In this document: positions 59,433 to 64,000 of the stretch, piece after piece
Numbering within the stretch: position 1 is the first letter of the stretch
Layout of the letters: every line of letters begins with the position of its first letter
Source of the DNA: Eledone cirrhosa
Taxonomy: Eukaryota
DNA: 64,000 bases
Direction: 5' to 3'
NCBI GenBank assembly: GCA_964016885.1
Contig: OZ024745.1
Location: 56,110,001-56,174,000, forward strand
Program-made: the position numbers and the translations under genes
Notes under the pieces: generated by a model
Told to the model about the DNA's origin: nothing
Databases searched by the model: none
What the model saw: only the letters and a program-made list of their open reading frames with translations

Positions 59433-59479
59433 TGCTCCGAAGAATTCAAACCTCGGTTTGGAGGAAACAGTTGTAAGCA
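59433..59479 (+). ncRNA. Family C hammerhead (CCGAAGA)
   Basis: tgct-CCGAAGA-attcaaacctcggtttggag-GAAA-cagttg-TA-agca. Confidence 0.7.
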
Positions 59480-59510
59480 TAAAAATGTTTTGAACAGTTC
59501 TTTGATTCTT

Positions 59511-59620
<110 letters not shown>

Positions 59621-60442
59621 GATATATATATACATATATATACATAAATACATATATATATATATATATACATGTGTAATAATTTTGCCAGCTGGTTTTA
59701 TAGTAACTAACATAAGATTGCTTCAGCTCTATCTTACAATAACCCGGATTTTCTTGTGCATAGTTTGCTTTATATGTCTTGCCTGTCTATATACTTGTTA
59801 TACTCAGTTCTATCCTGTAATAACCTTAATTTGCTTGCACTTATGTGATACCTACCTATATGCTTGTGGAGCACCCATGGGCTACGTAGTTCGGGTACCT
59901 ACCAGTATACCTTGTATATGTATAAAATGGCGGGGATTCTGATTACTGTGGTCTTTCTTGATGTACAGTAAGGACCTCCTAATGCTTATATGACAATAAG
60001 TTACGGAGATCCTATTTACTCGTTTTATTAGGGACCAGCGCTTAAATTCCTCTGGCTTCTTTATGTGCTTAAAACATTTTTCTTCTTTCTGTTTTTCTTT
60101 CTTTCTTTTTTAAAAAAAAGTTCATTTAATTTGTTTACCTTTTTACTTTTTATCTATTTATATTAACTTCCTTTCATTTTTCTTTTTTTTTATTATTTTA
60201 TTATTATTTTTTATTATGTTTTAATCATTGCCTGTATTTTTTGCTTTTGTGTGCCATCAATTGTATCTGCATCTTGTAAAATCTTCTTGTGCCCTAGCAT
60301 TTAGCTGTGGTGCTTAACAACCCCAACATGTACCCCCTCCTTGTTCGCCATCTACTATCTCCCTATATTTACCCTCTATTGCATTCCGAATGTTTGCGTG
60401 ACTAGGGTTTGTGGAGCTTATACTCAGCACTGTATTTAGTAA

Positions 60443-60488
60443 GCTCTGAGGAAATCCTACCGAACGGTATGGATGAAACATTGTAAGC
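60443..60488 (+). ncRNA. Type I hammerhead ribozyme
   Basis: gct-CTGAGGA-a atcc tacc gaac ggta t ggat-GAAA-c att g-TA-agc, with a tattt/aaata stem I extension. Confidence 0.75.
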
Positions 60489-60685
60489 AAATAGAAACTG
60501 TTTGAGTATGTAAGCGTTCTTTGGTTTATTTTACATATAACACGCTGTTCTTTACAGTGAGCTAACACAATACTGGCATAATACAACACGGTGCATGTGT
60601 GTTTATGCACATATGGTCCGTGTTATACGTAAAGAAATATATACATACATACATACATACATACATACATACATACATACATACA

Positions 60686-60763
<78 letters not shown>

Positions 60764-61205
60764 TGTGTAATCATAAATTGTGAAAAACCTTTAAATATTA
60801 CTAATATATACTTAGTAATTTAATTTATAGATTAATTTTAATTTATTTAACCCTTTATTAAAATTCCTTTACAGATAAAATATAACAAAATATCGTGTAT
60901 TCAATGACAGAGAAATAATTTTTAGTATTATAGACCTAATTAATATACATTTTAGAAATATATTTATAATTTGGTTTTAAATTTGGTCAACCTAAAAATT
61001 TAATTTAATTGGCTTAAAATTAGTATCCTAATACAGACGGATTGCAGAGTGTCATGTAATCATAGAATGGGATGGGTTTTGGATGTATACCTAGTTAATA
61101 TATTCTTTGCAATTTTTGAAAAAATATGTATATGTATGTATATATATGTATGTGTATGTATGTATATATATGTGTATATATACATACATACACTGTATTT
61201 AGTAA

Positions 61206-61251
61206 GCTCTGAGGAAATCCTACCGAACGGTATGGATGAAACATTGTAAGC
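61206..61251 (+). ncRNA. Type I hammerhead ribozyme (duplicate)
   Basis: Identical to 60443-60488. Confidence 0.75.
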
Positions 61252-61468
61252 AAATAAAAACTGTTTGAGTATGTAAGCGTTCTTTGGTTTATTTTACATA
61301 TAACACGCTGTTCTTTACAGTGAGCTAACACAATACTGGCATAATACAACACGGTGCATGTGTGTTTATGCACATATGGTCCGTGTTATACGTAAAGAAA
61401 TATATATATACATACATACATACATACATACATACATACATACATACATACATACATACATACATACA

Positions 61469-61516
<48 letters not shown>

Positions 61517-61970
61517 AAATATTGTGTAATCATAAATTGTGAAAAACCTTTAAATATTACTAATATATACTTAGTAATTTAATTTATAGATTAATTTTAA
61601 TTTATTTAACCCTTTATTAAAATTCCTTTACAGATAAAATATAACAAAATATCGTGTATTCAATGACAGAGAAATAATTTTTAGTATTATAGACCTAATT
61701 AATATACATTTTAGAAATATATTTATAATTTGGTTTTAAATTTGGTCAACCTAAAAATTTAATTTAATTGGCTTAAAATTAGTATCCTAATACAGACGGA
61801 TTGCAGAGTGTCATGTAATCATAGAATGGGATGGGTTTTGGATGTATACCTAGTTAATATATTCTTTGCAATTTTTGAAAAAATATGTATATGTATGTAT
61901 ATATATGTATGTGTATGTATGTATATATATGTGTATATATATATGTCAGGTCACCAGTTGGTGCTACTGG

Positions 61971-62552
61971 TAACATGTATCCCAGTACAACCTGTCTCAT
62001 GGTCGGGTCGTTGGCGACTAAACTGGCAACCCCACCAAGGTTTCTTGGTGAGGAGGGTGACTTTGGACATCCTGCAGGACTAAAAACAAAACCTGTCAAA
62101 GGGCAAAGGAGCTCTTAAGAGTCAATGGCCATCCAAAATCACCGGGAGAGATGACCCCTTAGCCTTTGTCAAGGCAGAATTCTAGGAGAAGGAAAACTCT
62201 GATATAACACCTGCAACCCTGATGGTATCCAATGATGTTGACTTGTTCTTCTTTTTGGTAAATATCATCTTGGTTAAGAGAGTGGGACTGGCTTTGTGCA
62301 GTGCCTTTGCTCACTATAAAAGCTTCACGGCACAGGCATTGCTTTATATCTGGAGATCTCTCTGCACTTGTCGTCACATGGTACCATGGGCCCAGCACTA
62401 TGTGTCAATAATTGTCACAAGTGTAGTGTTTGTACCAGAGTTTTCAAGTCGCTGGCTGGAATAAAAAGTCACATTCGTTCAGCGCATCGGTAGGGGTTCT
62501 CCTACATGTATATAAAGTAGTGGCCGTACTCGAAAACGAGTTGGCAGCCACC
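61971..62552 (+). mobile_element. Non-coding interspersed element (RTE-5'/Ceph-domain-like motif), copy 2
   Basis: Inverted relative to 55786-56355 with scattered substitutions. Confidence 0.6.
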
Positions 62553-63268
62553 ATATATATATGTATGTATATGTATATGTGTATGTATTAATTTTAATTT
62601 CTGTTTACATATAATTATATTCTACTATTGATAAAATACAATATCTGTTTTATTTATTATATACCTAATTAACATATACTATAGAAATTAATATATAATT
62701 TTTAATTTAGTTAACCTATAATTTATATTCTACTACCGATGTAATACTTTATTTGTTTTTTCCCTATTACTAAATTCATTTCCTAATATTGATACCATAA
62801 CGTTAATAATTTTAATTTAGTTATACTATAATTAATACTCTACTACTATTTAACTTCAAAATTCTGCTTCAAATATTATAAACCTAAGTAATTTACACCT
62901 TAGAAATCAATATATTAACTATCTTTAGTTTAGTTAACCTATAATTAATGGTATACTTATATTGAAATGCATAATTTTGCCTTCTTTCTTGCATTTCCTA
63001 ATACTGAAACTATGTAAACACATATTGTGATCCAAATACAGATTAATATTCTATGTTTCTTGAAACATATATTTACTATAATCCCCTTCTCCCCCCCCCC
63101 CCCCCCTTCCCCCCCTACTATTATTATTTGTATTTGTAAGCGTGTATGTATGTATGTATATGTAGGTAGGTGTATATATGTTTGGGTGTTTATATGTAAG
63201 TATAAAAATACATATATGCGCATGCAAATAAGGGTGTATGATTGTGTGTATATATATATATATATATA

Positions 63269-63321
<53 letters not shown>

Positions 63322-63627
63322 GTGTATGTATATATATATATATGTGTGTATGTATGTGTGTGTATATATGTGTATGTATATGTATGTCTCTCTATATATA
63401 TGTGTATCTTTGTATCTATGTGGGTATATGTGTGTATGTACATGTATGCACATGTATATGTCTATGTGTATATGTGTGTATGTGTATATGTGTACGTATG
63501 TGCGCATATATATGTGAGTGTGTGTGTGTGTATATATATGTATGTCTATGTATATATATATATATATATATTATTTATTATTATAATATAATATATGTAT
63601 ATATATATATATGTGAAAATATGTATA

Positions 63628-63658
<31 letters not shown>

Positions 63659-63969
63659 TGTATATTTGTAGTTGATGTGTGTATATGTATGTATATATAT
63701 GTGTGTGTGTATGTATGTGTGTATATATATGTATGTGTGTGTGTGTATGTGTGTGTGTGTATATATATATATATACATATATGTATATGTATGTGTGTGC
63801 ATATTTGTCTGACTGTGTGTATTAATTTATTTATTTTTTATTTATCTTATTTATTTATTTTTTTTTTTTTTTTATTTTTTTTTTTTATATATATATATGT
63901 ATGTGTATGTGTATGTATGTATGTATGTATGTGTGTGCATGTCTATATATGTGTGTGTGTATGTGTATG

Positions 63970-64000
<31 letters not shown>

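Larger units (their letters stand above)
60428..61944 (+). repeat. 763-bp direct tandem duplication, one HHR per unit
   Basis: Units start at 60428 and 61191 and are near-identical except for microsatellite length. Confidence 0.9.

Overview
This is AT-rich, microsatellite-saturated eukaryotic DNA, most likely from an octopod cephalopod. That assignment is inferred from the tRNA/Nin-type SINE (gagttcaaatcccgccgaggttgactttgcctttcatcc) and the (TA)n density. No host protein-coding exon is supportable; nearly all long ORFs are (TA)n/(CA)n read-through artefacts. The real content is transposon debris: CRE, RTE, Tx1/L1 and Jockey/CR1-group LINE fragments, Tc1/mariner relics, SINEs, and many Penelope-like element (PLE) fragments with RT and GIY-YIG remnants. 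The dominant hidden signal is about 30 type I hammerhead ribozyme (HHR) motifs from about 15 sequence families, read by eye as stem I-CUGANGA/CCGANGA-stem II-GAAA-short stem III-UH-stem I. They occur (i) in PLE pLTRs and (ii) in non-coding tandem arrays of 469-bp and ~476-bp units that look like non-LTR retrozymes. Nearly all are inserted in (TA)n tracts, and about ten insertions have a head-to-head fold-back geometry with both 3' ends pointing outward. Ribozyme activity and circular RNA production are inferred, not shown.
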